Source: Candidatus Dadabacteria bacterium
GTDB taxonomy: Bacteria > Desulfobacterota_D > UBA1144 > Nemesobacterales > CSP1-2
Length of the DNA: 64,000 nt
NCBI GenBank assembly: GCA_963805855.1
Contig: CAWDVW010000005.1
Location: forward strand, 544,001 to 608,000
Direction: 5' to 3'
Of the stretch, positions 10,374-21,492 are shown in pieces (position 1 is the stretch's first letter; the number at the start of each line of letters is the position of its first letter). Made by a program: the position numbers and the translations under genes. The notes beneath the pieces are model-generated. The model was not told the DNA's origin, did no database searches, and saw only the letters and a program-made list of their open reading frames with translations.

Positions 10374-11737
10374 GAAAGCTCCTCTAATAATTGTTCGCCG
10401 ACCATCCAGACATTACCAGCACCTATCGTTACTACAACATCCCCCGGCTTAATTACACTGGTTAAATTATCTACAATTAGATCTGCATCTTCTATGTAAG
10501 ACACATTCTTATTTCCCTTATCCTTTATTGCACGCGCTAGCCTGGAAGATGACACTCCTTCGATCGGTTCTTCTCCAGCAGGGTATATGTCAAGCAGAAA
10601 AAGCATATCAACATCACTGAGTACCCGCACGAATTCATCAAATAAAATACTTGTCCTGGTAAATCGGTGAGGCTGGAAAACTGAGATAATCCTGCTAGAA
10701 AATGATTCTTTAATCGTATTGAGGGTAACTCTGATTTCCTCCGGATGATGCGCATAATCATCTATTACCCGAATGCCATTGATCTCTCCCTTGAGCTGTA
10801 TTCGCCTATCAATTCCATTAAATTCATGAAGACCCTCTTTAACATCTTCAAAGCTCATACCTAACTCCATACCCACAGCAAAAGAGGCCAGGGCATTTTG
10901 AGCATTATGTCTTCCAGGAACGTTCAGTCCTACACTCCCCAGCAATGAATTCTTAAATAAGACCTTAAAATCGGTGTGGAATCCGGAAACACTGATGTCT
11001 TCTGCCCTGAACTCTGACTCGTCTGAAAACCCGTATGTGACAACTCTCTTTTTGAACCTCGGAATTATTGATCTAATCCGCTCAGAATCAAGGCAAATAA
11101 CTGCGAGTCCATAAAATGGCACTTTGTTCAAAAATTCAGAAAAGGCAGATTCCAACCTGTCAATACTTTGATAATGATCGAGATGCTCTTCGTCTATGTT
11201 TGTCACAACAGCGATAACGGGTGATAACATTAAGAAAGATCCATCGCTCTCATCCGCCTCCACTACCATGAATTCCCCATTTCCAAGATGGGCATTAGTC
11301 CCAAGGGATTTCACCCGACCACCGACAACGATAGTTGGGTCAAAACCCCCGTACGCCAAAACGGCTGAGATCATGGATGTGGTTGTAGTCTTGCCATGAC
11401 TTCCGGCTACGGCTATGCCGTATTTGAGCCTCATCAACTCCGATAGCATCTCAGCTCTCCTTATTACCGGAATATTTCTAGATTTAGCCGCTATAACTTC
11501 GGGATTGTCTTCTCCTATGGCTGACGAGATCACTACAACATCCGCAGAGCTAACATTCTCGATTTTATGTCCTAATGTGAAATGGGTCCCCAGTCTTTTT
11601 AGCCGTTCCACAGTCTCAGTTGATTTGATATCTGATCCTGTGACCCCATAGCCCAGGTTAAGAAGTACCTCGGCTATCCCACTCATACCTATACCGCCTA
11701 TCCCTACAAAATGAATGTTTTTAATTCTTCCGTACAT
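10370..11737 (-). CDS. murC: UDP-N-acetylmuramate--L-alanine ligase
   Basis: GIGGIGMSG, GSHGKTTT, EADESD, DDYAHHP and FQPHR motifs. Confidence 0.97.
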   Translation of the reverse strand: MYGRIKNIHFVGIGGIGMSGIAEVLLNLGYGVTGSDIKSTETVERLKRLGTHFTLGHKIENVSSADVVVISSAIGEDNPEVIAAKSRNIPVIRRAEMLSELMRLKYGIAVAGSHGKTTTTSMISAVLAYGGFDPTIVVGGRVKSLGTNAHLGNGEFMVVEADESDGSFLMLSPVIAVVTNIDEEHLDHYQSIDRLESAFSEFLNKVPFYGLAVICLDSERIRSIIPRFKKRVVTYGFSDESEFRAEDISVSGFHTDFKVLFKNSLLGSVGLNVPGRHNAQNALASFAVGMELGMSFEDVKEGLHEFNGIDRRIQLKGEINGIRVIDDYAHHPEEIRVTLNTIKESFSSRIISVFQPHRFTRTSILFDEFVRVLSDVDMLFLLDIYPAGEEPIEGVSSSRLARAIKDKGNKNVSYIEDADLIVDNLTSVIKPGDVVVTIGAGNVWMVGEQLLEELS

Positions 11738-12807
11738 CAGCCCACCTCAACAATTCTATCAATTTCATCCACTATATCCTTGGTAGCGTTTGGCTTTGCG
11801 AGATTCTTAGATTGAACCGTCATCTCATCAAGCTTGTTGTTATTCAACAGATCACTTATAGTTTCAGCAATTTTCTCGGGAAAGGCGAGCCTATCTTCGA
11901 TAATCACAGCCGCACCCGCTCTTTCAAGCACTTTTGCATTTTCCAATTGGTGATTATTTGCCGAAAAAGGGTAAGGGATCAGAATTGAAGGCTTTCCAAG
12001 TACTGTAACCTCAGATATTATCCCGGCCCCTGACCTTCCGATAACGAGATCGGCATCGCTATAGACATTTGCTATATCATCTATAAAAGGAAACACGTCT
12101 GCTTTGATTCCATACCATTCGTACGCTTTTTTAACATCTTCGATATCCCTATTGCCTGTCTGATGGACAACAGATACGTCGTCCCTTCGCAGCGTCCCTA
12201 CCGCTTTGGGAACAGAAACATTGAGTTTATAGGCACCTTGGCTGCCACCCAGCACAAGGATTTTTATTCCGCTATGATTCTTATAACTCCTATTCACAGT
12301 TAGGAATTCAAGTCTCACGGGATTACCAACGACCATTGTTTTATCATTCGGGAAGTAGCTTGTACTCATCTGGAATGTCGCGAACACCCTCTTTACAAAC
12401 CTTGCAAGGATTCGATTTGTTAATCCGGGCACCGCATTTTGCTCACAGATTACAGACGGGGTAAACAGTATAAATGCCGCAAGTACGACGGGACCCGAGA
12501 CATATCCCCCTACGCCGATAACCACGTTTGGCTTAAAATCCATGATAATCCTGAAAGAATCAAATATTCCTTTGATAGCAGATAGTACTCCTTTTAAACT
12601 CCTAACGAAACCCATACTCACTATGCCACCAGAATTTATAAACCTAAGATTGTATCCCTCCTTCTGAATCCTATCTACTTCAAATCCACTTTTTGTACCA
12701 ACGAAGAGTATCTCATTAGCCGAATCCCTTCTTCTAATTTCTCGTGCAATTGAAATTGCAGGGAAAATATGACCTCCTGTACCACCGCCAGCTATTATGA
12801 CTCTCAT
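11737..12807 (-). CDS. murG: Lipid II GlcNAc transferase
   Basis: GGGTGGHIFP, GNPVR, GGSQGA and HQLENA motifs. Confidence 0.97.
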   Translation of the reverse strand: MRVIIAGGGTGGHIFPAISIAREIRRRDSANEILFVGTKSGFEVDRIQKEGYNLRFINSGGIVSMGFVRSLKGVLSAIKGIFDSFRIIMDFKPNVVIGVGGYVSGPVVLAAFILFTPSVICEQNAVPGLTNRILARFVKRVFATFQMSTSYFPNDKTMVVGNPVRLEFLTVNRSYKNHSGIKILVLGGSQGAYKLNVSVPKAVGTLRRDDVSVVHQTGNRDIEDVKKAYEWYGIKADVFPFIDDIANVYSDADLVIGRSGAGIISEVTVLGKPSILIPYPFSANNHQLENAKVLERAGAAVIIEDRLAFPEKIAETISDLLNNNKLDEMTVQSKNLAKPNATKDIVDEIDRIVEVG

Positions 12808-13889
12808 TTTCTTCCAGACTTAGAAACACTAAGAATTAAACCCATCGCCGCAAGATTTGTCACCAGAGAGGTTCCACCATAGCTGATAAAGGGTAGAGTC
12901 AAACCTTTTGTAGGAAATAAACCAACGGCGACAGCCATATTAATCCCAGCCTGGAAAGTTATAAGCAAGATACAACCGAACACGAGATAGCAACCGAACA
13001 GGTCCTTTGCCCTGATTGACACCCTTAGGCTCCGTATTAGCAAAAACGCGAAACCAATTATGACGATCAGCACACCAATAAATCCAAGTTCCTCCCCAAT
13101 TATCGAGAATATAAAATCTGTGTGAGCCTGGGGAAGAAAAAATAGCTTCTGGGTACTATCACCAAGGCCAGTTCCCATAAAACCACCCATCCCAAGGGCA
13201 ACGAATGATTGGATAGCCTGATAGCCAGACCCTAGCGGGTCCTTCCAGGGATCAAGAAATGAAACAACCCTTTTCATTCTATAGCCCTCTGTAATCACGG
13301 CGAGGGCGAGAACAAACAAGGAGGATACCCCCAACGGAACCAGAAACTTTAGCTTCACGTCTCCAATGAAAAGCATTCCAAACAGCATTATGATTAACGT
13401 TACAGACATCCCAAAGTCGGGCTCCAGTAAAATCAGAATTATGTAGATACCCGCGAATAAAAGATGTGAAAGAAATCCGACAACAAACGAATCCACTTTG
13501 TCCCTCTTCTTCGTAAGCGAATGGGCAAGATACAAAACCAGAATAAATTTTGCAATCTCGGACGGCTGAAAAGTCCAGGAACCGAGCTCGAGCCACCGCC
13601 TAGCACCGCTCACTTCTTTCCCAATTCCAGGAATGAGCACCAATACCAGCATCAGTAACCCAAATATGTAGGCTGGGTAAACTATCTTCCTCAGATAGAC
13701 ATAATTTATCTTCATCAACGAAAACATAAAAAGCAATCCGATAGACAGATAAATAACATGGCGTTTTAAAAAGTAGTTAGGATCCCCAAATTTCTCCAGA
13801 GCGAAAACAGAACTGGTACTGTAAACCATGAGCGTACCGATTGATATAAGAAACGTTACAGCTATAAAGATACCCCAATCATAGCCCAT
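12804..13889 (-). CDS. ftsW: SEDS peptidoglycan glycosyltransferase FtsW (start at ATG 13889 or TTG 13916)
   Basis: GARRW, FQPSE, HTDFIF and LPFISYGG motifs. The track start overlaps murD. Confidence 0.95.
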   Translation of the reverse strand: MGYDWGIFIAVTFLISIGTLMVYSTSSVFALEKFGDPNYFLKRHVIYLSIGLLFMFSLMKINYVYLRKIVYPAYIFGLLMLVLVLIPGIGKEVSGARRWLELGSWTFQPSEIAKFILVLYLAHSLTKKRDKVDSFVVGFLSHLLFAGIYIILILLEPDFGMSVTLIIMLFGMLFIGDVKLKFLVPLGVSSLFVLALAVITEGYRMKRVVSFLDPWKDPLGSGYQAIQSFVALGMGGFMGTGLGDSTQKLFFLPQAHTDFIFSIIGEELGFIGVLIVIIGFAFLLIRSLRVSIRAKDLFGCYLVFGCILLITFQAGINMAVAVGLFPTKGLTLPFISYGGTSLVTNLAAMGLILSVSKSGRK

Positions 13890-13896
13890 GCCTCTA

Positions 13897-15228
13897 TTAA
13901 GAAAGTCCTTGAACAAGTTCCTTGAACACCCTCCCTCTTTCTTCATATGATGAATACATATCAAAGCTTGAGCAGGCAGGAGAGAACAAAACCGTGTCAC
14001 CACTGTTTATTCCTACGACCACCGTCTCCAAAGCTTCTTCAAGAGAACTAGCCAACGATGTTTCAGACCGGCTACCCAATTGTCTCTGCATCCTGAATCG
14101 AGATTCTCCAAACAAAACGAGTAGCCTAACCTTGTTTCTGATCTCGTCTTTCAAAACATCGTAATTTAAACCCTTATCTTTGCCTCCGGATATAAGAATT
14201 ATTGGACTCGCAAAACATTCGAGAGCCCTAAGAGTTGCAGCAGGACTAGTCGATTTCGAATCGTTATAAAACTGTGCACCCTTAAACAAACGCACGAACT
14301 CAATCCTGTGCGGCAGAGGGTTGAATTCGGAAATTCCTTTTTCTATCTGTGCCGGGCGGCACCCTACAATCCTAGACACAGCTACCGCTGCCATCGCATT
14401 TTCTATGTTATGAGCACCCAGTAATTTCATATTGGTTAAATCGTACGCATCCTCGCCAAACCTGACGCATCTTCCGTCGTAGAAAACACCATTTTCCATC
14501 GGCTCCTTTCCGAAGGCGATTTTTTTTGACTTTAACGCCGGCAAATACGTGGCAATGAGGTCGTCGTCCGCATTGTATATGGCCCAATCTCCACCGTCCT
14601 GGTTGAAAAACAGCTTCATCTTCGATTGCACATATTCTTCGAAATCGCCATGATGATCCAGATGATTAGGGGATAAATTTAGAATCGCGGCTATGTGCGG
14701 TTTAAATTCAGTTATACCCTGAATTTGAAAACTGCTCAGCTCAAGTACGAGAAAATCATAGCCATGATCCCTTTCCGCCACTTCTATGAGAGGAGTCCCA
14801 ATGTTGCCGCCGAGAAAAACCTTTCTCCCCCCTTTCTCTAAAATAGAAGCAATTAAATTACATGTCGTAGTTTTACCATTTGATCCAGTCACAGCTATCA
14901 CCGGGGTCTTAATAAATCTAGAGGCAAGCTCTATCTCACTCATTACTTCAATTCCATGTGCTACCGCTTCCCGAACAGGTGGTATATTGAAAGATACGCC
15001 CGGACTCAGTACTACGGTGTCTGCCCACTGGAAAGTTTCTTTCCTATGAAAACCCGTTTCAATCCCCACACCATTCTTCCGGAATTCATCTATCTCGGGT
15101 GGAAGGTTTTCGAGCGGCGATATATCACTAACCCGAATTTCCGCACCCCTCCCGAGCAAAAATTTCACGGTCTCGAGCCCTGTTCGTCCCAGACCGACAA
15201 CGAGTATCTTTCTTTTCTCTAATTCCAT
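13897..15228 (-). CDS. murD: UDP-MurNAc-L-Ala--D-glutamate ligase
   Basis: GSNGKTTT, GGNIG, ELSSFQ, NDSK and SPACSSFD motifs. Confidence 0.97.
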   Translation of the reverse strand: MELEKRKILVVGLGRTGLETVKFLLGRGAEIRVSDISPLENLPPEIDEFRKNGVGIETGFHRKETFQWADTVVLSPGVSFNIPPVREAVAHGIEVMSEIELASRFIKTPVIAVTGSNGKTTTCNLIASILEKGGRKVFLGGNIGTPLIEVAERDHGYDFLVLELSSFQIQGITEFKPHIAAILNLSPNHLDHHGDFEEYVQSKMKLFFNQDGGDWAIYNADDDLIATYLPALKSKKIAFGKEPMENGVFYDGRCVRFGEDAYDLTNMKLLGAHNIENAMAAVAVSRIVGCRPAQIEKGISEFNPLPHRIEFVRLFKGAQFYNDSKSTSPAATLRALECFASPIILISGGKDKGLNYDVLKDEIRNKVRLLVLFGESRFRMQRQLGSRSETSLASSLEEALETVVVGINSGDTVLFSPACSSFDMYSSYEERGRVFKELVQGLS

Positions 15229-15267
15229 GATGACATCACAAATTTGTCAATCAATCACAAAACACTC

Positions 15268-16377
15268 TTATCTCAGCTTTAGTGTTGAAAGCGCCAAAAG
15301 AGATAGAACAAGAGAAATTATCCAGAATCTGATTACCACCTTTGATTCCGACCAACCACTCAATTCGAAATGGTGGTGAAGAGGAGCCATGCGGAATACC
15401 CGCTTTCCGGTGATCTTAAAAGAGATAACCTGGATTATCACTGACATGGCCTCCATTACGAAGATACCGCCCACCAAAATTAAAAGGATTTCTTGCTTAA
15501 TTATCAATGCTGCTGAACCGATTGCAGCACCAAGGGAAAGTGAGCCCACATCTCCCATAAATACTTGGGCAGGATGGGAATTGTACCAAAGAAATCCGAG
15601 ACATGCACCGCCGACCGCTGCAAGGAAAACCGCCAATTCTCCTCCGCCTGGGATATAGGGGATTTGAAGGTATCTTGCAAATACAAAGTTTCCTGAAAGA
15701 TATGAAAATATGATGTATGTTGCGGTAGCGATGGCTATTGAACCGATGGCTAAACCATCGAGGCCGTCAGTTAAATTAACAGCATTTGAAGCACCTACAA
15801 CCACAAAGATTGCAAAGGGTACATAAAACCAGCTCAAATTTATAACAGCCTGTTTGAAAAACGGAATAATTACCGAAGTATATGGGATATACGCTATCTC
15901 ATTTACCCTGAGTGACATAGTGAACCCTTTGTACTCGGTTATCAGAAACAAAATGAAGAACGCACCAAAAAAGAACTGTAACGAAAATTTTACTCTTGCG
16001 CTCATGCCTTTTCCATTAATCAGCTTTTGTTTATCGTCTATCAGTCCTATGAGCCCGTATGTAAACGTAAACAGTAGGGCAACCCATACTGATTCACTCA
16101 AAAAGTTCACCCAAAAAAATGAAGATATTGCAATTGCCATTACAATAAATGCCCCACCCATCGTGGGTGTACCGGCTTTGTTTTTATGCGCTGGTGGACC
16201 ATCTGACCGGATATTTTCCTTAAATTGTTTTCGCACTAAATAGTTAATAAACGTTTTCCCTAAAATCACACTGATTAAAAAAGCTGTTACCCCCGCACCA
16301 AAGGAACGAAACGTTATATATCTAAAAACATTGAAAAGAATAAAATCCTCTTTCAGCAAATATAGAAGATAAAGCAT
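15268..16377 (-). CDS. mraY: Phospho-MurNAc-pentapeptide transferase
   Basis: GTPTMGG, NLTDGLDGL, FMGDVGS and APLHHHFE motifs. Confidence 0.98.
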   Translation of the reverse strand: MLYLLYLLKEDFILFNVFRYITFRSFGAGVTAFLISVILGKTFINYLVRKQFKENIRSDGPPAHKNKAGTPTMGGAFIVMAIAISSFFWVNFLSESVWVALLFTFTYGLIGLIDDKQKLINGKGMSARVKFSLQFFFGAFFILFLITEYKGFTMSLRVNEIAYIPYTSVIIPFFKQAVINLSWFYVPFAIFVVVGASNAVNLTDGLDGLAIGSIAIATATYIIFSYLSGNFVFARYLQIPYIPGGGELAVFLAAVGGACLGFLWYNSHPAQVFMGDVGSLSLGAAIGSAALIIKQEILLILVGGIFVMEAMSVIIQVISFKITGKRVFRMAPLHHHFELSGWSESKVVIRFWIISLVLSLLALSTLKLR

Positions 16378-16384
16378 GTAAAAA

Positions 16385-17755
16385 TTACTCCTTAAAAAAC
16401 CTTTGAATAATATTTTCCATTTTCATTCCGCGCGAACCTTTTATCAGAACCAGGTCTTTGTGACCCGCATAGTTTTTGAGTCTTTCAGCAGCATCTTCAT
16501 GTGTTTCAGCATAAAAGCCCCTTGATTCCTCGCTGAATCCTTCTAAGAGGCACGATGCAAATTCCCCGTATGCAATTACATAATCAACCTTGAGTTGTCG
16601 GAGATACTCACCAAGCATTCGATGTTCGGTCATGCTTTCGCTACCTAGCTCCAGCATGTCACCCAGAACAGCTATAGTCCTTCCATCTGATTTTAATCTG
16701 ATTAGCTCTTCTATCGCCCTTCTCATCGAATCCGGATTGGAATTGTACGTATCGTTTATGATCTTAAAACCAAAAGGAGAGTCTAAGACCTCCATCCGCA
16801 TATACACAGGACTGTACCTTTCTAAACCGGCTTGAATTTCTTCATTGCTACACCCAAACCCCACGGCAATGCCCGATGCGCACAGGGCGTTCATAACATT
16901 ATGAATTCCGATTCCTCTCATTCTGGCCGGAAATTCCTTACCATCTATGTTCACCTTGAAACTAATTGCCGAGAATCCATCCGTCATTATGTCTCTCGCG
17001 GATATCAGAACTCCATGCGACTTGATACCATAGGTAATCTTCATGCATTCAATGTCGGCGGCCATGTTCCGAATTAACGGATCATCCATATTAACAACGA
17101 AAGAGTTTGATTCGTCGAATCCCTCTATGAGCTCTCCCTTGGCTTTTGCAACGCCCTCTACGCTCCCCAGCTTTTCCAGATGAGCCTTACCGATATTCGT
17201 AATTGCCCCAATGTCGGGATTGCAAATTTCGGTCAATCTCTTTATCTCGCCGAAATCATTCATTCCTAGCTCTACGACCGCAGCATTGTGGTGTTCGGCA
17301 AGCTTTAGTAATGTGAGAGGAAGACCGATAAGATTATTGAAATTGCCAGAGTTCTTTAAGACGGAATACCGCAGTGACAGTATGCTAGAAGCCATCTCTT
17401 TCGTCGTTGTTTTTCCGTTTGAACCGGTTATGGCAGCAAGTTTTAATCGAGGGAATTTATTTCGCCATGCCCCCGCCACGTCGCCTAGTGCTTTAAAGGT
17501 TGAGGGTACCCTTATTATTATCTTTCCATTCTCAGACTCGTAACCATCTTTTTCTACGACGGCTCCCTGCGCCCCTCTGTCGAGCGCCTCTGAAATAAAG
17601 TTATGCCCGTCCAGCCTTTCACCCTTGAGGGCAAAGAACAGCTCATCGCCTAATATATTATTTGAGTCGGTTGAAATTCCTGAAAAGTCAACATCCTTGT
17701 ACGTTGATAAATTACAACCCTCTATTGACTTCAAGACAAAACTCAGCTTTAGCAT
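16385..17755 (-). CDS. murF: UDP-MurNAc-tripeptide--D-Ala-D-Ala ligase
   Basis: GSNGKTTTKE, NNLIGLP, DTYNSNP, GDMLELG and KGSRG motifs. Confidence 0.96.
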   Translation of the reverse strand: MLKLSFVLKSIEGCNLSTYKDVDFSGISTDSNNILGDELFFALKGERLDGHNFISEALDRGAQGAVVEKDGYESENGKIIIRVPSTFKALGDVAGAWRNKFPRLKLAAITGSNGKTTTKEMASSILSLRYSVLKNSGNFNNLIGLPLTLLKLAEHHNAAVVELGMNDFGEIKRLTEICNPDIGAITNIGKAHLEKLGSVEGVAKAKGELIEGFDESNSFVVNMDDPLIRNMAADIECMKITYGIKSHGVLISARDIMTDGFSAISFKVNIDGKEFPARMRGIGIHNVMNALCASGIAVGFGCSNEEIQAGLERYSPVYMRMEVLDSPFGFKIINDTYNSNPDSMRRAIEELIRLKSDGRTIAVLGDMLELGSESMTEHRMLGEYLRQLKVDYVIAYGEFASCLLEGFSEESRGFYAETHEDAAERLKNYAGHKDLVLIKGSRGMKMENIIQRFFKE

Positions 17756-17766
17756 AATTTAATAAA

Positions 17767-19257
17767 TCACCCGATCATTTCTTTAACCTTATTTTTTGCG
17801 ACATCTCTATCATCAAACGGATTTTTCTTTTTCCCGACAATCTGGTAGTTCTCGTGTCCCTTCCCCGCTATAAGCACACTATCGCCTTCAGATGCAATTT
17901 CAATTGCTTTCTCTATTGCACTACGCCTATCAATCATCCTGAGATATGTTTTCTCGCTGAATCCTCCTTCAAACACGCCAATTTCAATATCTTCTATTAT
18001 CTTCTCCGGGGATTCTGTTCGAGGATTATCGGATGTCACAACTAGTATATCTGAAAGCTCTCTACCAATCCGCCCCATTATCGGTCTCTTCACGGGATCC
18101 CTGTCACCGCCACAGCCAAATACGAGTATTAGTTTACCTCTTGTTAGGGGTCTTACGACTTGGAGAACGTTCTTCAGGGCATCTGGCGTGTGCGCGTAAT
18201 CTACAAGTATAGTAATTCCAAGCTTGTTATCCACCTTTTCTAGCCTACCTGGAATCGATGATACGCTTGAAACCCCCTTCTCGATCGAATCTGAAGGCAC
18301 TCCTAGAGAAAGAGCGCTGGCCGTTGCAGCAAGGATATTATAAAGATTATGCCTCCCTAGAAGATTGGATTTGACATCAATCTTTCCCCAGGGCGTTCTC
18401 ACGTGTGACACGATACCCTCATTTGTCAATTTTATTTCATCCGCAAAAACGGTTGCATGTCTGTCTTCAATTGAATACGAAATGATTCTACCCGCTGACT
18501 CTTCGATGAGCTTCCTCCCATATGGATCGTCGACATTAATAACAGAGCTAATAGGGCTCTTACCACTTCTTTTAAGTACTTCGGTAAATAAACTCTTCTT
18601 AATCATAAAGTAATTATCTAATGTCTTATGATAATCAAGATGATCCTGAGATAGATTAGTGAACACGGCTGCATCGAATTGGCAACCTAAAACCCTTTTC
18701 TTGTCCAACGCATGCGATGATACTTCCATCACGACATACTCAACGCCTGATTTTCGCATATCTCTTAACAACGCCATCAGGTCGATGGATTCTGGAGTAG
18801 TCATATTGGATGTAATCTTTCTCCCTTGGTATCTGTATTCAACTGTCCCGATTACACCTACGTTCTTCTTGTTCTGATGTAAAATTGATTCAAGGAGATA
18901 TGTCGTAGTCGTCTTTCCGTTCGTACCGGTAATTCCTACGAGTTTAAGTTCCTTTGTAGGATCATTATAAAAGTTTGAGGATATTTGAGCGAGTGAAGAT
19001 CTAGAATCTTCAACCAGAATTACAGAAACATCCCTGAAATCAATCCCGTCTATAGTTTCAACCAGAAGCGCCCTTGCCCCTCTATCGACGGCCTGTCCTA
19101 TAAATGTGTGGCCATCGGTAGTGTCACCTTTGATAGCCGCGAACAAGTAACCTTCATTCACCTGATTGGAATCATGCGTAATCCCTACAATTCTTACATT
19201 TTCGGAGCCGAGTAACCTTTTAATTTTCACCCCTACGGTTAGCTCATTCAAAATCAT
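17767..19257 (-). CDS. murE: UDP-MurNAc-dipeptide--meso-DAP ligase
   Basis: GTNGKTTT, EVSSH and DYAHTPD motifs, plus DNPR (DAP specificity). Start set at the ATGA overlap with the ftsI stop. Confidence 0.96.
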   Translation of the reverse strand: MILNELTVGVKIKRLLGSENVRIVGITHDSNQVNEGYLFAAIKGDTTDGHTFIGQAVDRGARALLVETIDGIDFRDVSVILVEDSRSSLAQISSNFYNDPTKELKLVGITGTNGKTTTTYLLESILHQNKKNVGVIGTVEYRYQGRKITSNMTTPESIDLMALLRDMRKSGVEYVVMEVSSHALDKKRVLGCQFDAAVFTNLSQDHLDYHKTLDNYFMIKKSLFTEVLKRSGKSPISSVINVDDPYGRKLIEESAGRIISYSIEDRHATVFADEIKLTNEGIVSHVRTPWGKIDVKSNLLGRHNLYNILAATASALSLGVPSDSIEKGVSSVSSIPGRLEKVDNKLGITILVDYAHTPDALKNVLQVVRPLTRGKLILVFGCGGDRDPVKRPIMGRIGRELSDILVVTSDNPRTESPEKIIEDIEIGVFEGGFSEKTYLRMIDRRSAIEKAIEIASEGDSVLIAGKGHENYQIVGKKKNPFDDRDVAKNKVKEMIG

Positions 19258-21164
19258 ATCGCCTGCTTTAACTCTACCATGCAAACCGTGCCTTCTTTAA
19301 TCGTTTCTCCTGCTTTAGGTTTTTGAGATGTAGCATAACCAGTTCCCTTAATCCTAACTTCTACCCCTTCATTCTCAGACCACATCAGAATTTCCCTCAC
19401 ACTCTTTCCTTGCAGATCTGGCATGACCTTTGCTCCTACGTACTCAGTTCTCGGAGGGACGCCGAGATAGAAGAGAACCTTTTCAACGATACCCTTGAAA
19501 ATGGGCGCAGCCACCGTTCCGCCATAAGAACCATTTTTAGGATTTTCTACGACGACAACAAGGGTAACCTTTGGATCATCACTCGGACCAAATCCTACAA
19601 AAGAAGACATATAACGATTTCCATAGTAGCCGCCAGTGTTGGGATTTGGTACCTGAGCGGTACCCGTCTTGCCAGCCACCTTATATCCTGACATTGCAGC
19701 CCTTTTACCTGTGCCAGATTCCACAACCTTCTCCATCATTTCAGTAATGTTTTTTGCCGTATCATAGGAAATTGCCCTACCCACCACATCTGGTTTATTT
19801 TTCGTAACCTCTTTGCCATCAGGATTGATTATCTGTTCAACGATATATGGCTTAACTAGATATCCGCCGTTTGCAATTGCGGAAAGAGCTGTCGCAATCT
19901 GGATTGCAGTTACAGCGATCCCTTGACCAAATGAAATTGTGGCAAGTTCCACCGGGCCCCACCTGCTTGACTTTGCCATCATTCCGCTAGATTCGCCCGA
20001 AAGATCTATTCCAGTCTGCCTTCCAAAACCGAAACTGCTAAGACGATCGTAGAGCTTGTCTCGTCCCAAGGTTTCCCCTATCTTCGAGGCGCAAATATTG
20101 CTGGATTTCTCTAATATTTGAGCCACGGTAAGTACACCATAGGGGTGTACGTCTCGTATGATAGCTGGTCCAACCTTTCTCCTTCCGTTCTCGCAGTCAA
20201 ACCTAGTGTCCGGATTTACCTTGTTCTCCTCCATGGCAGAAGCTAATATAAAAACCTTCATGGTGGAACCAGGCTCAAATGAAAACCAGATAGGTAAGTT
20301 TCTCCTCATCTCAGATTTAAAATCCTTGTAATAGTTTGGGTCGAAAAACGGATAAGAAGCCATTGCCAGGATTGCGCCTGTCTCCGAATTCATTAGCAAT
20401 GCCATTCCTCGATCCGCCTTCGCGTTCTCTACGCCATCTTTCAGCTCTTTTTCGACGATATGCTGAATTTGGGAATCTATGGTGAGTACCAGATCGTAAC
20501 CAGAGATACTAGGCTCAAGAAAGTATGGAGTGCTCATTATCTTTCTTCCCCTGGCGTCCTTCTTCACGTTTATCTTCCCTGGTTTTCCTGTTAGTAGCTC
20601 ATCATATTTGAACTCTATCCCCTCTATTCCCTTTGAATCAATGTTAGTGAATCCTAAAATCTGCCCTGCAAGAGTTCCGTTTGGGTACACCCTCTTTGGC
20701 TCTTCAATAAATCCCAATTCCTTAAAATCGTCACTCTTGATTTTTGCTATTATATCCGGATCGACTAGCCTTTTTATCCAAACAAACGACTTCTTCGTAT
20801 TAATTTTATCAAGTATAGCTTTTTGTGGAAGTTTTAGATATTCCGACAATTTTTTTGAAAACCCCTCAGGGTCTTTTACGTCCTTTGCATTAACATATAT
20901 AGATTGAGTCTCAATATTTATTGCAAGCTCCTTTTTATTTATATCATACATCCTCCCCCTTTTTGGAAGCAGCGTATAACTCTTTTGGTGCTGTCTTTTT
21001 GCTAGGTTGACCGCCCTCTCACGATTCAAAATTTGAAGGTCTAAGGCCTTTACAGAAACAACCGCGAAAAGAAATAGAATTAAAATACCAATAATCGATA
21101 TTTTCCATGTAGGTTTTGTTAAATCTTTTCCTAGCGAGATTCTCTTAGAATTTTTTTTTCTCAT
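19254..21164 (-). CDS. ftsI: Class B penicillin-binding protein with a C-terminal PASTA domain
   Basis: EPGSTMK (SxxK), SSN (SxN) and KTGT motifs; PASTA-like tail starting MPDLQG. Confidence 0.95.
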   Translation of the reverse strand: MRKKNSKRISLGKDLTKPTWKISIIGILILFLFAVVSVKALDLQILNRERAVNLAKRQHQKSYTLLPKRGRMYDINKKELAINIETQSIYVNAKDVKDPEGFSKKLSEYLKLPQKAILDKINTKKSFVWIKRLVDPDIIAKIKSDDFKELGFIEEPKRVYPNGTLAGQILGFTNIDSKGIEGIEFKYDELLTGKPGKINVKKDARGRKIMSTPYFLEPSISGYDLVLTIDSQIQHIVEKELKDGVENAKADRGMALLMNSETGAILAMASYPFFDPNYYKDFKSEMRRNLPIWFSFEPGSTMKVFILASAMEENKVNPDTRFDCENGRRKVGPAIIRDVHPYGVLTVAQILEKSSNICASKIGETLGRDKLYDRLSSFGFGRQTGIDLSGESSGMMAKSSRWGPVELATISFGQGIAVTAIQIATALSAIANGGYLVKPYIVEQIINPDGKEVTKNKPDVVGRAISYDTAKNITEMMEKVVESGTGKRAAMSGYKVAGKTGTAQVPNPNTGGYYGNRYMSSFVGFGPSDDPKVTLVVVVENPKNGSYGGTVAAPIFKGIVEKVLFYLGVPPRTEYVGAKVMPDLQGKSVREILMWSENEGVEVRIKGTGYATSQKPKAGETIKEGTVCMVELKQAI

Positions 21165-21490
21165 TACCTCTTTTCCCCGACTACCGTGGCATGCTCTATA
21201 TAGAATACATCGTCCTGAGTAGGATATTTAAATCCTTGCTCACGAGCTAAATCCTCAATCCTTTGGGGTGATCTCAATTTCATGTACTCCGCCTCAAGAA
21301 AGCTCTTTTCATCTGTGATCTCGTCTTCTGTTTTCTTGTTGACTGATATCTCGTATCCCAATTTTGTTCCCTCAAGGCTGATCCGTAGATATCCCAGAAA
21401 TAGCATGATTGTAAAAACAACAAAGACCACGAACTTTGTGGAGAAAATGAACTTCTCTAATTTTGATTTTCCTCTTCTCGTTTTTGTCAT
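21164..21490 (-). CDS. ftsL: Cell division protein FtsL-like
   Basis: TM plus coiled coil, 'SPQRIEDLAREQG', position between rsmH and ftsI. Confidence 0.8.
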   Translation of the reverse strand: MTKTRRGKSKLEKFIFSTKFVVFVVFTIMLFLGYLRISLEGTKLGYEISVNKKTEDEITDEKSFLEAEYMKLRSPQRIEDLAREQGFKYPTQDDVFYIEHATVVGEKR

Positions 21491-21492
21491 GA